Source: a virus
Lineage: Duplodnaviria; Caudoviricetes
IMG/VR virus record: IMGVR_UViG_3300042564_001469
Span: 4,618 to 68,617 of that record
Length of the DNA: 64,000 nt
Strand: one strand, 5' to 3'
The translations under genes and the position numbers were made by a program. The first letter of the stretch is position 1; every line of letters starts with the position of its first letter. Positions 1-8,481 of this stretch are shown here, piece by piece. The notes under the pieces are model-generated. The model saw only the letters and a list, made by a program, of their open reading frames with translations. It did no database searches and was not told the DNA's origin.

Positions 1-67
1 GTAACTTATCCATTACCGCCTCAAACATCCCTGATAGTATGAACAATAAAAAACCGATATATATCAT
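1..67 (-). CDS. 5' part of a membrane protein (runs off the window edge)
   Basis: ATG at 67 overlaps the stop of the upstream gene; reads MIYIGFLLFILSGMFEAVMDKL, open to the edge. Confidence 0.55.
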   Translation of the reverse strand, partial: MIYIGFLLFILSGMFEAVMDKL

Positions 68-261
68 TTATTGTTTTTAATAAAATTTTTATACCAAACA
101 ATATTCCCAATTAAACCACCATAACAAGCGATAAAAACAGAAATAATTAAATACCAATTTTCTAAATAACCCTTAACAACCCAATACGGATATAAAATAG
201 AACCTGTTAACAATAGAAGTATTGCAACCCAAGATGTTATATGTGTACCAAAATTTTTCAT
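64..261 (-). CDS. small two-TM membrane protein
   Basis: Two hydrophobic stretches; TATTTATA on the sense strand at 276-283. Confidence 0.65.
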   Translation of the reverse strand: MKNFGTHITSWVAILLLLTGSILYPYWVVKGYLENWYLIISVFIACYGGLIGNIVWYKNFIKNNK

Positions 262-275
262 AATCTATTTTTATT

Positions 276-306
276 TATAAATATCACAAGATTCAAACTA
301 TTTATA
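276..306. promoter_or_regulatory. divergent pair of candidate late-promoter motifs
   Basis: TATTTATA on the minus strand (276-283) and the plus strand (299-306), each sense to its gene. Confidence 0.55.
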
Positions 307-309
307 TAC

Positions 310-867
310 GTGAGCGAAAAATTAAAAAATCTAAAATTAGACCTTTTACTTAAAGAATTAAAGTTATTGGATTCAGAAAAAGATTATATTGATGAATTTA
401 CGACATATTATTCACCAGTGTTTATGGAAGAATTATCTAATAACGGATACATCGCCGAAACACCAACGGGCGAAACAAATAATCACAATATAAAAAATTC
501 ACAAAAAAATATCATTGACGTTAACGATGATGATAAGAAGTTGATTAAAAATATTTTTAGATCAATAGCAAAAGCGTCACATCCAGACAAAACACCAAAC
601 CAATATAAAAATAAATTATATGATGAAGCACAAATCGCATATGATGAAAATAATTTATTAGTGTTATATAAGATTGCAAAAAAATTAAATATTGAAATTG
701 AAATAAATATTAATACGCTTACATTATTAGAAAAAATTGTGGAAGATAAGAAGAAGCAATTAAAATCAGTTGAGACCTCATTTTTGTGGTTATGGGCAAA
801 TTCCGACACACAAGAAAAGAAAGATCAACTTATAAACCAATTTTTAAATAAACATAATAAAAAATGA
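310..867 (+). CDS. J-domain (DnaJ-like) protein
   Basis: IFRSIAKASHPDK contains the HPD motif in helical context; GTG start at 310 preferred because the 241 start overlaps the divergent gene. Confidence 0.7.
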   Translation: MSEKLKNLKLDLLLKELKLLDSEKDYIDEFTTYYSPVFMEELSNNGYIAETPTGETNNHNIKNSQKNIIDVNDDDKKLIKNIFRSIAKASHPDKTPNQYKNKLYDEAQIAYDENNLLVLYKIAKKLNIEIEININTLTLLEKIVEDKKKQLKSVETSFLWLWANSDTQEKKDQLINQFLNKHNKK

Positions 868-2060
868 AAATAGGTATTACATTAGGTCTAAAAGACAACA
901 AAGAATCCATCTGGACAAATGGTATTAAACAAAATGTATTGATGTTGGTTGAACTATTAAAAAAATCAACCAAAAATTATGATGTCTGTATATTAAACTC
1001 TACGAATGTTGATTTTACAGAAAAACCATCTTATTTAACGGATATTGATGTGCATTACTTCAATGATAAATTTATGGAAATGGATTTAATTATTGTTATG
1101 GGTGCTCAAATATTTGACCATCAATTGGAAACCTTTAAAAAATCTGGAAAAAATAAAAAAGTTGTATCTTATAAGTGTGGAAATAACTATGTAATCCATA
1201 TGGAAAATATTTTATTTAAACCAAGTGAAAGTAAAAAATTCCAATATGAAAAACAATATGATGAGGTATGGTATGTGCCACAACAACACGAGGTAAATTC
1301 TGGTTTATATAAAACACTATATCGTGTTAATTCAATTCCAGTACCCTTTATTTGGTCTGAAAAATATTTACACGAATCTGTTGTTGAAATACATAAAGGC
1401 TTTAAAGATGGGAAATATAAAAAGGATTGGCAATATGATAATACCAAAGAAAAGAAAATTTTGGGTATTATGGAACCAAACTTAAATATTGTTAAGTTTT
1501 GTTTAATTCCAGCGATGATTGCTGAAGAATCATATAGAACACCTGAAGGAAGAAAACGTATTGAAAAATTAAGAATAACAAATGCTACCACCGTATCAAA
1601 ACATAGGGAATTTATGTCAATCATTGAAACCTTTGATTTATATAAAGAAGGAAAGATTAGCGCTGAATCAAGATATCAAACAGCATTTATGTTAACACAA
1701 CATTTGGATGTTTTAATATGTCACCAATTATTAAACCCATTAAATTATTTATATTTGGATGCTGTATACTTGGGTTATCCTGTATTACATAACGCTCCTA
1801 TGTGTAAAGATTTGGGTTATTATTATGAGGGTTCTGATACCGTTGAGGCTGCTAAATTATTAAATCAAGTATTGGTTGAGCATGACGCAGATATTGACCG
1901 TTATAATCAACGAAACGATAAGGTATTACAAAGATATCATATAAGTAATGAAGACGTTATTAAAACTTATGATATGTTAATTGAGGGTTTATTTAATGGG
2001 GGGAATGGTGAATTGGTTTATAATCCTAAAACTAACTTGTATAATGATTTTAAAATCTAA
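864..2060 (+). CDS. DUF2827-like putative glycosyltransferase
   Basis: SIWTNGIKQN start, EPNLNIVK, HQLLNPLNYLYLDAVYLGYPVLHN and GYYY motifs typical of this family. Confidence 0.65.
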   Translation: MKIGITLGLKDNKESIWTNGIKQNVLMLVELLKKSTKNYDVCILNSTNVDFTEKPSYLTDIDVHYFNDKFMEMDLIIVMGAQIFDHQLETFKKSGKNKKVVSYKCGNNYVIHMENILFKPSESKKFQYEKQYDEVWYVPQQHEVNSGLYKTLYRVNSIPVPFIWSEKYLHESVVEIHKGFKDGKYKKDWQYDNTKEKKILGIMEPNLNIVKFCLIPAMIAEESYRTPEGRKRIEKLRITNATTVSKHREFMSIIETFDLYKEGKISAESRYQTAFMLTQHLDVLICHQLLNPLNYLYLDAVYLGYPVLHNAPMCKDLGYYYEGSDTVEAAKLLNQVLVEHDADIDRYNQRNDKVLQRYHISNEDVIKTYDMLIEGLFNGGNGELVYNPKTNLYNDFKI

Positions 2061-2247
2061 TATATCTAAACCAAATTCTTTCATGTAGAAAGTAGAATAT
2101 TGGTTTTAAAATAAGTTCGCCTAATCCAAGTAAAGATGATATCTCAATTGAAGCACCTAATAAATATGCAACAATAACGGTTGTTAATGTACCAATAATT
2201 CTATATGATATTGTTTTTAATATGTGTCTTTTTACGTCTAAATTCAT
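2050..2247 (-). CDS. DUF2061 small membrane protein
   Basis: RHILKTISYRIIGT...YFLHERIW signature; usually next to sulfate-activation genes. Confidence 0.75.
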   Translation of the reverse strand: MNLDVKRHILKTISYRIIGTLTTVIVAYLLGASIEISSLLGLGELILKPIFYFLHERIWFRYIRF

Positions 2248-2265
2248 TTTAAGTTAATTTTTTTT

Positions 2266-2343
2266 TTAAACCATTAAGACATCTTCTTGTATAGTTTTAC
2301 TCGTTGTTGGATTTCCTCCGTGGTTTTTCTTTTCCCAATTCAT
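2266..2343 (-). pseudogene. 25-codon ORF, possible deletion remnant
   Basis: ATG overlaps the cysC stop; MNWEKKNHGGNPTTSKTIQEDVLMV*. Confidence 0.3.
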
Positions 2344-2798
2344 ATGTTTTTTATTATTTCGTTTAATGAACTATTAGGTTTAATATTTGTTGTATCAACA
2401 TCAATATAATTTTCAGTTGGTCTTTCATAATCTTCGCTATGAAAATGTTCTCTACCTCTAATATCTGTTGTGTGAACATAAATCTCTACTACTTCAGTAT
2501 CTATTTCTGTTTTAAAATTCTCTCTCATTTCTTTGTATGGTGCTACTAAACTCACGATAACATCATATCCTTGCGAATGAATGAATTTTGAAATATCCTG
2601 TGCTCGTTTGATATTTTCTTCTCTACCTTCCCTACCATAATTAATATTTTTAAATAGTAATCGTAGTTCATCACCATCAATGTGGAAAACTTTTTTATTT
2701 GTACTATCTTCCAAATGTGTTTTTAGATTTGTTGCTAAAACTGTTTTTCCAGAACCAGGTTGACCAGTAAACCAATATATTTTATGTTTTTTTGACAT
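2340..2798 (-). CDS. cysC: adenylyl-sulfate (APS) kinase
   Basis: WFTGQPGSGKT P-loop, IDGDELR, REENIKR, VSLVAPY, YERP. Confidence 0.88.
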   Translation of the reverse strand: MSKKHKIYWFTGQPGSGKTVLATNLKTHLEDSTNKKVFHIDGDELRLLFKNINYGREGREENIKRAQDISKFIHSQGYDVIVSLVAPYKEMRENFKTEIDTEVVEIYVHTTDIRGREHFHSEDYERPTENYIDVDTTNIKPNSSLNEIIKNI

Positions 2799-2829
2799 AT
2801 TGTATCATTTTTTTTTGTTAATTTAATAA

Positions 2830-3483
2830 TTAAAATTCGTAATTAAATAAATCAAAATAAAATTTAAAATGAGTCTCAACTAAATTTTTAGTTTCGGATG
2901 AATACATTTTTTCCCAATTTTTATCTGGTCTCCTTTTATTTTTTTTATATTCAGATAATACCCTTGTTGGATTTGGAAGATTTAATTTAATCAATAAGTT
3001 ATTTATATCTGATTCTAAATTTTCAAATCTCACAACTTCATCAATAATAAATTGACCATCAACATACATTAAATCCCAATATTTTTTTGACAAGTCTTTA
3101 ACCACATTTGTTTTTAGTAAATAATCTTCAAAGGTCATTTCTCCACTTGCGTATAAATCAAAAGTTGGTTTAAAATAATAATGACTAACCATCATATCAA
3201 ATGGGTTTCTAACATTTATTATTTTGGTGTATGAATCAAAAATATCTTTACCAATACTATCTATTATTTTTTTGGGCGGCATATGGTTATAAAATTCTGA
3301 TTTTTCAGCCAATACCTGATTCATTCTAGTTCCTACAATACCTTCTTTTGTTTGAATCATTTCTCTACCGTGACTTTCTACAATATTAGAAATACAATAA
3401 GGCTCTAAATATATTTCAGTACTTGTTCCAGCCGTTTTAATACTCTTGATATAGATAAATTTATATTTGTGTGATACTAACAT
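2830..3483 (-). CDS. sulfotransferase family 2 protein
   Basis: SHKYKFIYIKSIKTAGTS (5'-PSB loop), VRNPFDMMVSHY (3'-PB), RFENL. Confidence 0.8.
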   Translation of the reverse strand: MLVSHKYKFIYIKSIKTAGTSTEIYLEPYCISNIVESHGREMIQTKEGIVGTRMNQVLAEKSEFYNHMPPKKIIDSIGKDIFDSYTKIINVRNPFDMMVSHYYFKPTFDLYASGEMTFEDYLLKTNVVKDLSKKYWDLMYVDGQFIIDEVVRFENLESDINNLLIKLNLPNPTRVLSEYKKNKRRPDKNWEKMYSSETKNLVETHFKFYFDLFNYEF

Positions 3484-4049
3484 AGTTTTTTAGTTTTATT
3501 GTGGTGACCAAATTCGGTCTTTTTTATTTCAATATATTTGGAAAAGAAATCATTTAATTTATGTGTCTCAGTTTCAATATCAAAAATAAGTAGGTCATTC
3601 GGCCTCACTTTAAAATATTCTTTAACTGATGTCATATGTTCATTCCATTGATTTTTCCAATATTGAATAACTTCATCATCGTTCATACCTAATATTCTTT
3701 TATTGGTGTTAAGGTAATTTGGGTGATTAAGTCTAGATTTAATCCAATTATCAATTGGTCTTAAATTCAAAATAAATTTTGAGTTTGGATATTGTATATC
3801 AAATTCTTTATAGTATGTTAAATGGGCGTAATTGTTGTTATTGACATTTTCCATATCAGTAAAACAATCATATTGTTCATAACCATTTAATATTGGTAAA
3901 TTTGAATCATAGTTTCTTTTAATTGTATCGGCCAACCTACCCATATCCCAATGAATGGGTTTTAATCCATTATTTTCAAAAAAATGATAAACAGATACGG
4001 TTCCGCATTTATTAAATCCTATTTGAAATATCTTATTTATTTTTTCCAT
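3477..4049 (-). CDS. sulfotransferase-like P-loop protein
   Basis: KIFQIGFNKCGTVS, YPNSKFILNLRPIDNWIKS, VKEYFKVRPNDLLIFDI. Confidence 0.75.
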   Translation of the reverse strand: MEKINKIFQIGFNKCGTVSVYHFFENNGLKPIHWDMGRLADTIKRNYDSNLPILNGYEQYDCFTDMENVNNNNYAHLTYYKEFDIQYPNSKFILNLRPIDNWIKSRLNHPNYLNTNKRILGMNDDEVIQYWKNQWNEHMTSVKEYFKVRPNDLLIFDIETETHKLNDFFSKYIEIKKTEFGHHNKTKKLC

Positions 4050-4650
4050 TTTTTAAAAGGTCCCTTGCTTTTGGTATTTGAGATTTAAAATCCCAATTAT
4101 TTTGTCTAAATATATTTTTCCTTGTAAATATACCAATAATACCATCTTGAGCAATTAATTCTGAAATTCTATAATCAATATGTGTAATTGGTTCACCTAA
4201 TTGTGTAACTATTTTATCAACACTTGATGGGTTTATAATATATGAGTGCATACCAATAAATTTATCTAAATTCATAAATGTATCACAAATATTTAATGGA
4301 CGTGACATTGATTTTGGGTCAGGAAAATGTCCAATAATCATTATATCCCATTGATGTTGAGTTAATAAAAGAAGATTTATTTCATTTATATAATTGGTAC
4401 CAATCGGTGTTGAATCGTCCTCTAAAATTAATAAAGGTACATCTTTACAAGAACTAATTATATTTCTATGTGATTCAAATGTAGCAACCGCCTCAACAGA
4501 TAAAAAATCTGGTTTATTATTAAATAAAGATTGGTCAATATCATTTGGTGATAAAGCATCAAAAAAAGAGAACGGAGTCCCAGATAACTGGGACTCCATA
4601 TATTCTCTCCTTTTTTTTGCGGATTTAAGACTTAATACTTTTATATCCAT
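4033..4650 (-). CDS. glycosyltransferase family 25-like
   Basis: VLSLKSAKKRRE, FSFFDA, FESHRN, LILEDD, GMHSYII. Confidence 0.8.
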   Translation of the reverse strand: MDIKVLSLKSAKKRREYMESQLSGTPFSFFDALSPNDIDQSLFNNKPDFLSVEAVATFESHRNIISSCKDVPLLILEDDSTPIGTNYINEINLLLLTQHQWDIMIIGHFPDPKSMSRPLNICDTFMNLDKFIGMHSYIINPSSVDKIVTQLGEPITHIDYRISELIAQDGIIGIFTRKNIFRQNNWDFKSQIPKARDLLKNGKNK

Positions 4651-4658
4651 CATTTCAA

Positions 4659-5945
4659 TTATTGATTTATTTGTCCAACACCTTTAACTCTAAGTTTACC
4701 AGATGATGTAATTACCAAATCAAGACCAAGTAAATTCCACCCTTCACCAATTAATGTATCATAATCAGCTGTCCCAGCAGCAGTTCTACCACCTGATGTG
4801 TAGAAATTACCATTGGTAAGACCATTAGTTACTAAATCTGATAAAATAGTATTATTAGCAGTAGCTGTCATTGGATTACCATTTAAACCGTAGGGGTCAG
4901 TTAATAACAAATATACTAAAGATGTCATCGGTAAAACGTCTAATGATGTTAATCCATTATTATATAAATACAAATCAGTTAAACCAGATAAACCAGTTCC
5001 ATCAAATGAGGTTAGTTGGTTACCAGCTAAATCCAAATTAACTAATCCAGATAATCCAGTTCCATCAAATGATTGTAATTGGTTATTAGTCGAAGTCAAT
5101 ACAATTAAAGTTACTGGTAAATTACTAAATGATGTTAATTGGTTATCATATAAATACAACGTAGCTAATCCAGATAATCCAGTTCCATCAAATGATTGTA
5201 ATTGGTTATTATTTAAATCCAAAAAAGTTAAACTAGATAATCCAGTTCCATCAAATGATGTTAGTTGGTTACTACCTAATTCCAAATCAGTTAAACCAGA
5301 TAAATCAGTTCCAACAAATGATGTTAATTGGTTATTACTTAAACCCAATTGAGTTAATCCAGATAATCCAGTTCCATCAAATGATGTTAAGAGGTTATTA
5401 CTTAAATACAAAGTAGTTAAACCAGATAAACCAGTTCCATCAAATGATGTTAACGTAGTTATACCCCAATCAGCAAAATTCAACTCAGTTATTAGACCCA
5501 TATCACCACCAATGAAAGTAGTTAAAGGGTTACCACCTAAACCCAACTCAGTTAAACCAGATAATCCAGTTCCATCAAATGATGTTAGTTGGTTATTACC
5601 TAAATACAACTCAGTTAAACCAGATAATCCAGTTCCATCAAATGATGTTAATTGGTTATCTCGTAAAAACAAATAAGTTAAACTAGATAATCCAGTTCCA
5701 TCAAATGTTGTTAGTTGGTTACCACCTATTTCCAAAGTAGTTATATCTCCACTAACAGTACCTTCATCATCACAAGATATAATTGTGAATTCACCATTTG
5801 CGTTTGCTACGGTGATTGTTTGTGAACCATTTGAAAATACACTTGAATCTGTACTGTTGTGATTGTATTTCCAATAACCAGTTGATGTATTAACATTAAT
5901 GTAAATTTCTTCACCAATGGATTTGGATGTTATAAATGTTGCCAT
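4659..5945 (-). CDS. leucine-rich repeat protein (one LRR module)
   Basis: 21-aa repeats LTSFDGTGLSGLTxLxLxxNQ with N- and C-caps. Confidence 0.88.
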   Translation of the reverse strand: MATFITSKSIGEEIYINVNTSTGYWKYNHNSTDSSVFSNGSQTITVANANGEFTIISCDDEGTVSGDITTLEIGGNQLTTFDGTGLSSLTYLFLRDNQLTSFDGTGLSGLTELYLGNNQLTSFDGTGLSGLTELGLGGNPLTTFIGGDMGLITELNFADWGITTLTSFDGTGLSGLTTLYLSNNLLTSFDGTGLSGLTQLGLSNNQLTSFVGTDLSGLTDLELGSNQLTSFDGTGLSSLTFLDLNNNQLQSFDGTGLSGLATLYLYDNQLTSFSNLPVTLIVLTSTNNQLQSFDGTGLSGLVNLDLAGNQLTSFDGTGLSGLTDLYLYNNGLTSLDVLPMTSLVYLLLTDPYGLNGNPMTATANNTILSDLVTNGLTNGNFYTSGGRTAAGTADYDTLIGEGWNLLGLDLVITSSGKLRVKGVGQINQ

Positions 5946-8180
5946 AATTTTTTATTTTTTTTTAAATTGTTATTTTGTTATTGATTTATTTGTCCAACAC
6001 CTTTAACTCTTAATTTTCTAACCGCAGATACCAAATCAGCACCTAGAATATTCCAATTATTTGCAATTAATGTATCATAATCAGATGTTCCAGCAGCAGT
6101 TCTACCACCTGATGTGTAGAAATTACCATTTGAATTACCATTTGTTACTAAACCTGATAAAATAGTATTATTAGCAGTAGCTGTCATTGGATTACCATTT
6201 AAACCGTATGGGTCAGTTAAAAATAAATCACTTAAACTTGTCATAGGTAAAACATCTAATGATGTTAGTTGGTTACCAGCCACTTGCAAAGTAAATAAAC
6301 TTGTTAAATCAGTCCCATCAAATGATGTTAGTTGGTTACCAGCCAATTGCAAATAAGTTAAACTAAATAATCCAGTTCCATCAAATGATGTTAGTTGGTT
6401 ATTATTTAAATACAACTCATTTAATGAAGATAAACCACTTCCATCAAATGATGTTAGTTGGTTATTATTTAAATACAATTCAGTTAAACCAGATAATCCA
6501 GTTCCATCAAATGATTGTAATTGGTTAGTATTTAAATCCAAATAAGTTAAACCAGATAAACCAGTTCCATCAAATGATGTTAGTTGGTTTTCACCTAAAT
6601 TCAAATTAGTTAAACCAGACAATCCAGTTCCATCAAATGATGTTAGTCCATTATTATATAAATACAAAGTAGTTAAACCAGATAAACCAGTTCCATCAAA
6701 TGATGTTAAGAGGTTACCCTGTAAATACAAAACAGTCAATGAAGATAAACCAGTTCCATCAAATGATGTTAGTTGGTTAATATCTAAATACAAAGTAGTT
6801 AAACCAGATAATCCATTTCCATCAAATGATGTTAGTTGGTTAACTTGTAAATTCAAATAAGTTAAACCAGATAATCCAGTTCCATCAAATGATGTTAGTT
6901 GGTTATTTTCCAAATACAAATAAGTTAAACCAGATAATCCAGTTCCATCAAATGATGTTAGTTGGTTACCACCTAAATTCAATTGAATTATATTACCACT
7001 AACTGTACCATCAGATAAACAAGGTATAATTGTGAATTCACCATTTGCGTTTGTTACAGTGATTGTTTGTGAACCATCCGCAAATACACTTGAATCAGTT
7101 CCATCGTGATTGTATTTCCAAAATTCAGTTGTTGTTTTAACACCAATGCTGATTGTTTGTCCAGTTAATTTGGATGTTATAAATGTTGGATTAACTACCA
7201 AATCAAGACCAAGTAAATTCCAACCATTTGCAATTAATACATCATAATCAGCTGTTCCAGCGGATGTTCTACCACCTGATGTATAGAAATTACCACCACT
7301 ATTACCATTAGTTACTAAACCTGATAAAATGTTATTATTAGCAGTAGCTGTCATTGGATTACCATTTAAACCGTAGGGGTCAGTTAAAGTTAAATAAGTT
7401 AAACTCACCATAGGTAAAACATCTAACGATGTTAATTGGTTATCACCTAAATATAATTCAGTTAAACCAGATAATCCAGTTCCATCAAATGATGTTAATT
7501 GGTTATCACCTAAATATAATTGAATTAAACTTGTTAATCCAGTTCCATCAAATGATGTTAATTGGTTATTAGTTAAATCCAAATAAGTTAAACTAGTCAT
7601 ATTACCACCATCAAATGTTTCTAATGTTGTAATATTCCAACTTGGGAAATTTAATGATATAATTAATCCCATATCACCACCAATGAATGTTATAAGTGGA
7701 TTATTTTGTAATTCCAAATAAGTTAAACTAGATAATCCAGTTCCAGTAAATCCTGTTAGTTGGTTAGTACCTAAATATAATTGAATTAAACTTGTTAATC
7801 CAGTTCCATCAAATGATGTTAGTTGGTTATTAGATAAACCCAAAGTAGTTAAACCAGATAATCCAGTTCCATCAAATGATGTTAATTGGTTATTATTTAA
7901 ATACAAGTCAGTTAATGTTACTGGTAAATTACTAACTGATGTTAAAGAACCAACACCCGATTTAGGTCCATCTAATCTCAATTCAGTTAAACCAGATAAA
8001 CCAGTTCCATTAAATGATGTTAGTTGGTTTTCATTTAAATACAAATAAGTTAAACTAGATAACCCATTTCCATTAAATGATGTTAGTTGGTTACCATTTA
8101 AATTCAAATAAGTTAAACCAGATAACCCATTTCCATCAAATGAAGTTAATTGGTTATTACTTAAATTCAATTGAGTTATA
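4920..8180 (-). repeat. three blocks of 63-bp coding tandem repeats (LRR)
   Basis: Recurrent aaaccagataatccagttccatcaaatgatgttagttggtta on the + strand with 63-nt period. Confidence 0.9.
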
Positions 8181-8380
8181 TCTCCACTAACTGTACCATC
8201 AGATAAACAAGGTATAATAGTGAATTCACCATTTGCGTTTGATACAGTGATTGTTTGATCACCATTTGAAAATACACTTGAATCAGTTCCATTATGATTA
8301 TATTTCCAATAACTAGTTGATGTAATAACACTAATTTTAATTGTTTGACCAGTTAATTTGGACGTTATAAATGTTGCCAT
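5978..8380 (-). CDS. leucine-rich repeat protein (two fused LRR modules)
   Basis: Same repeats; TFITSKLTGQT N-cap occurs twice (second copy from about 7186); paralog of 4659..5945. Confidence 0.88.
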   Translation of the reverse strand: MATFITSKLTGQTIKISVITSTSYWKYNHNGTDSSVFSNGDQTITVSNANGEFTIIPCLSDGTVSGDITQLNLSNNQLTSFDGNGLSGLTYLNLNGNQLTSFNGNGLSSLTYLYLNENQLTSFNGTGLSGLTELRLDGPKSGVGSLTSVSNLPVTLTDLYLNNNQLTSFDGTGLSGLTTLGLSNNQLTSFDGTGLTSLIQLYLGTNQLTGFTGTGLSSLTYLELQNNPLITFIGGDMGLIISLNFPSWNITTLETFDGGNMTSLTYLDLTNNQLTSFDGTGLTSLIQLYLGDNQLTSFDGTGLSGLTELYLGDNQLTSLDVLPMVSLTYLTLTDPYGLNGNPMTATANNNILSGLVTNGNSGGNFYTSGGRTSAGTADYDVLIANGWNLLGLDLVVNPTFITSKLTGQTISIGVKTTTEFWKYNHDGTDSSVFADGSQTITVTNANGEFTIIPCLSDGTVSGNIIQLNLGGNQLTSFDGTGLSGLTYLYLENNQLTSFDGTGLSGLTYLNLQVNQLTSFDGNGLSGLTTLYLDINQLTSFDGTGLSSLTVLYLQGNLLTSFDGTGLSGLTTLYLYNNGLTSFDGTGLSGLTNLNLGENQLTSFDGTGLSGLTYLDLNTNQLQSFDGTGLSGLTELYLNNNQLTSFDGSGLSSLNELYLNNNQLTSFDGTGLFSLTYLQLAGNQLTSFDGTDLTSLFTLQVAGNQLTSLDVLPMTSLSDLFLTDPYGLNGNPMTATANNTILSGLVTNGNSNGNFYTSGGRTAAGTSDYDTLIANNWNILGADLVSAVRKLRVKGVGQINQ

Positions 8381-8421
8381 AATTTTTTATTTTTTTTTTA
8401 AATTGTTATTTTGTTATTTAT

Positions 8422-8460
8422 TAAAAAAAGGTTGAGAGGTTTTACTCTCCCAACCTTTTA
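8422..8460. terminator. intrinsic terminator after the fibre gene
   Basis: aaaaggttg...caacctttt inverted repeat with A/T tails. Confidence 0.65.
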
Positions 8461-8481
8461 AATATACTTACAGATTACTGA

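Noticed and set aside
4920-8180. 63-bp periodic repeats as a CRISPR array
   Set aside because: Period is a multiple of 3, repeats are in frame in long ORFs and encode LRRs; no cas genes
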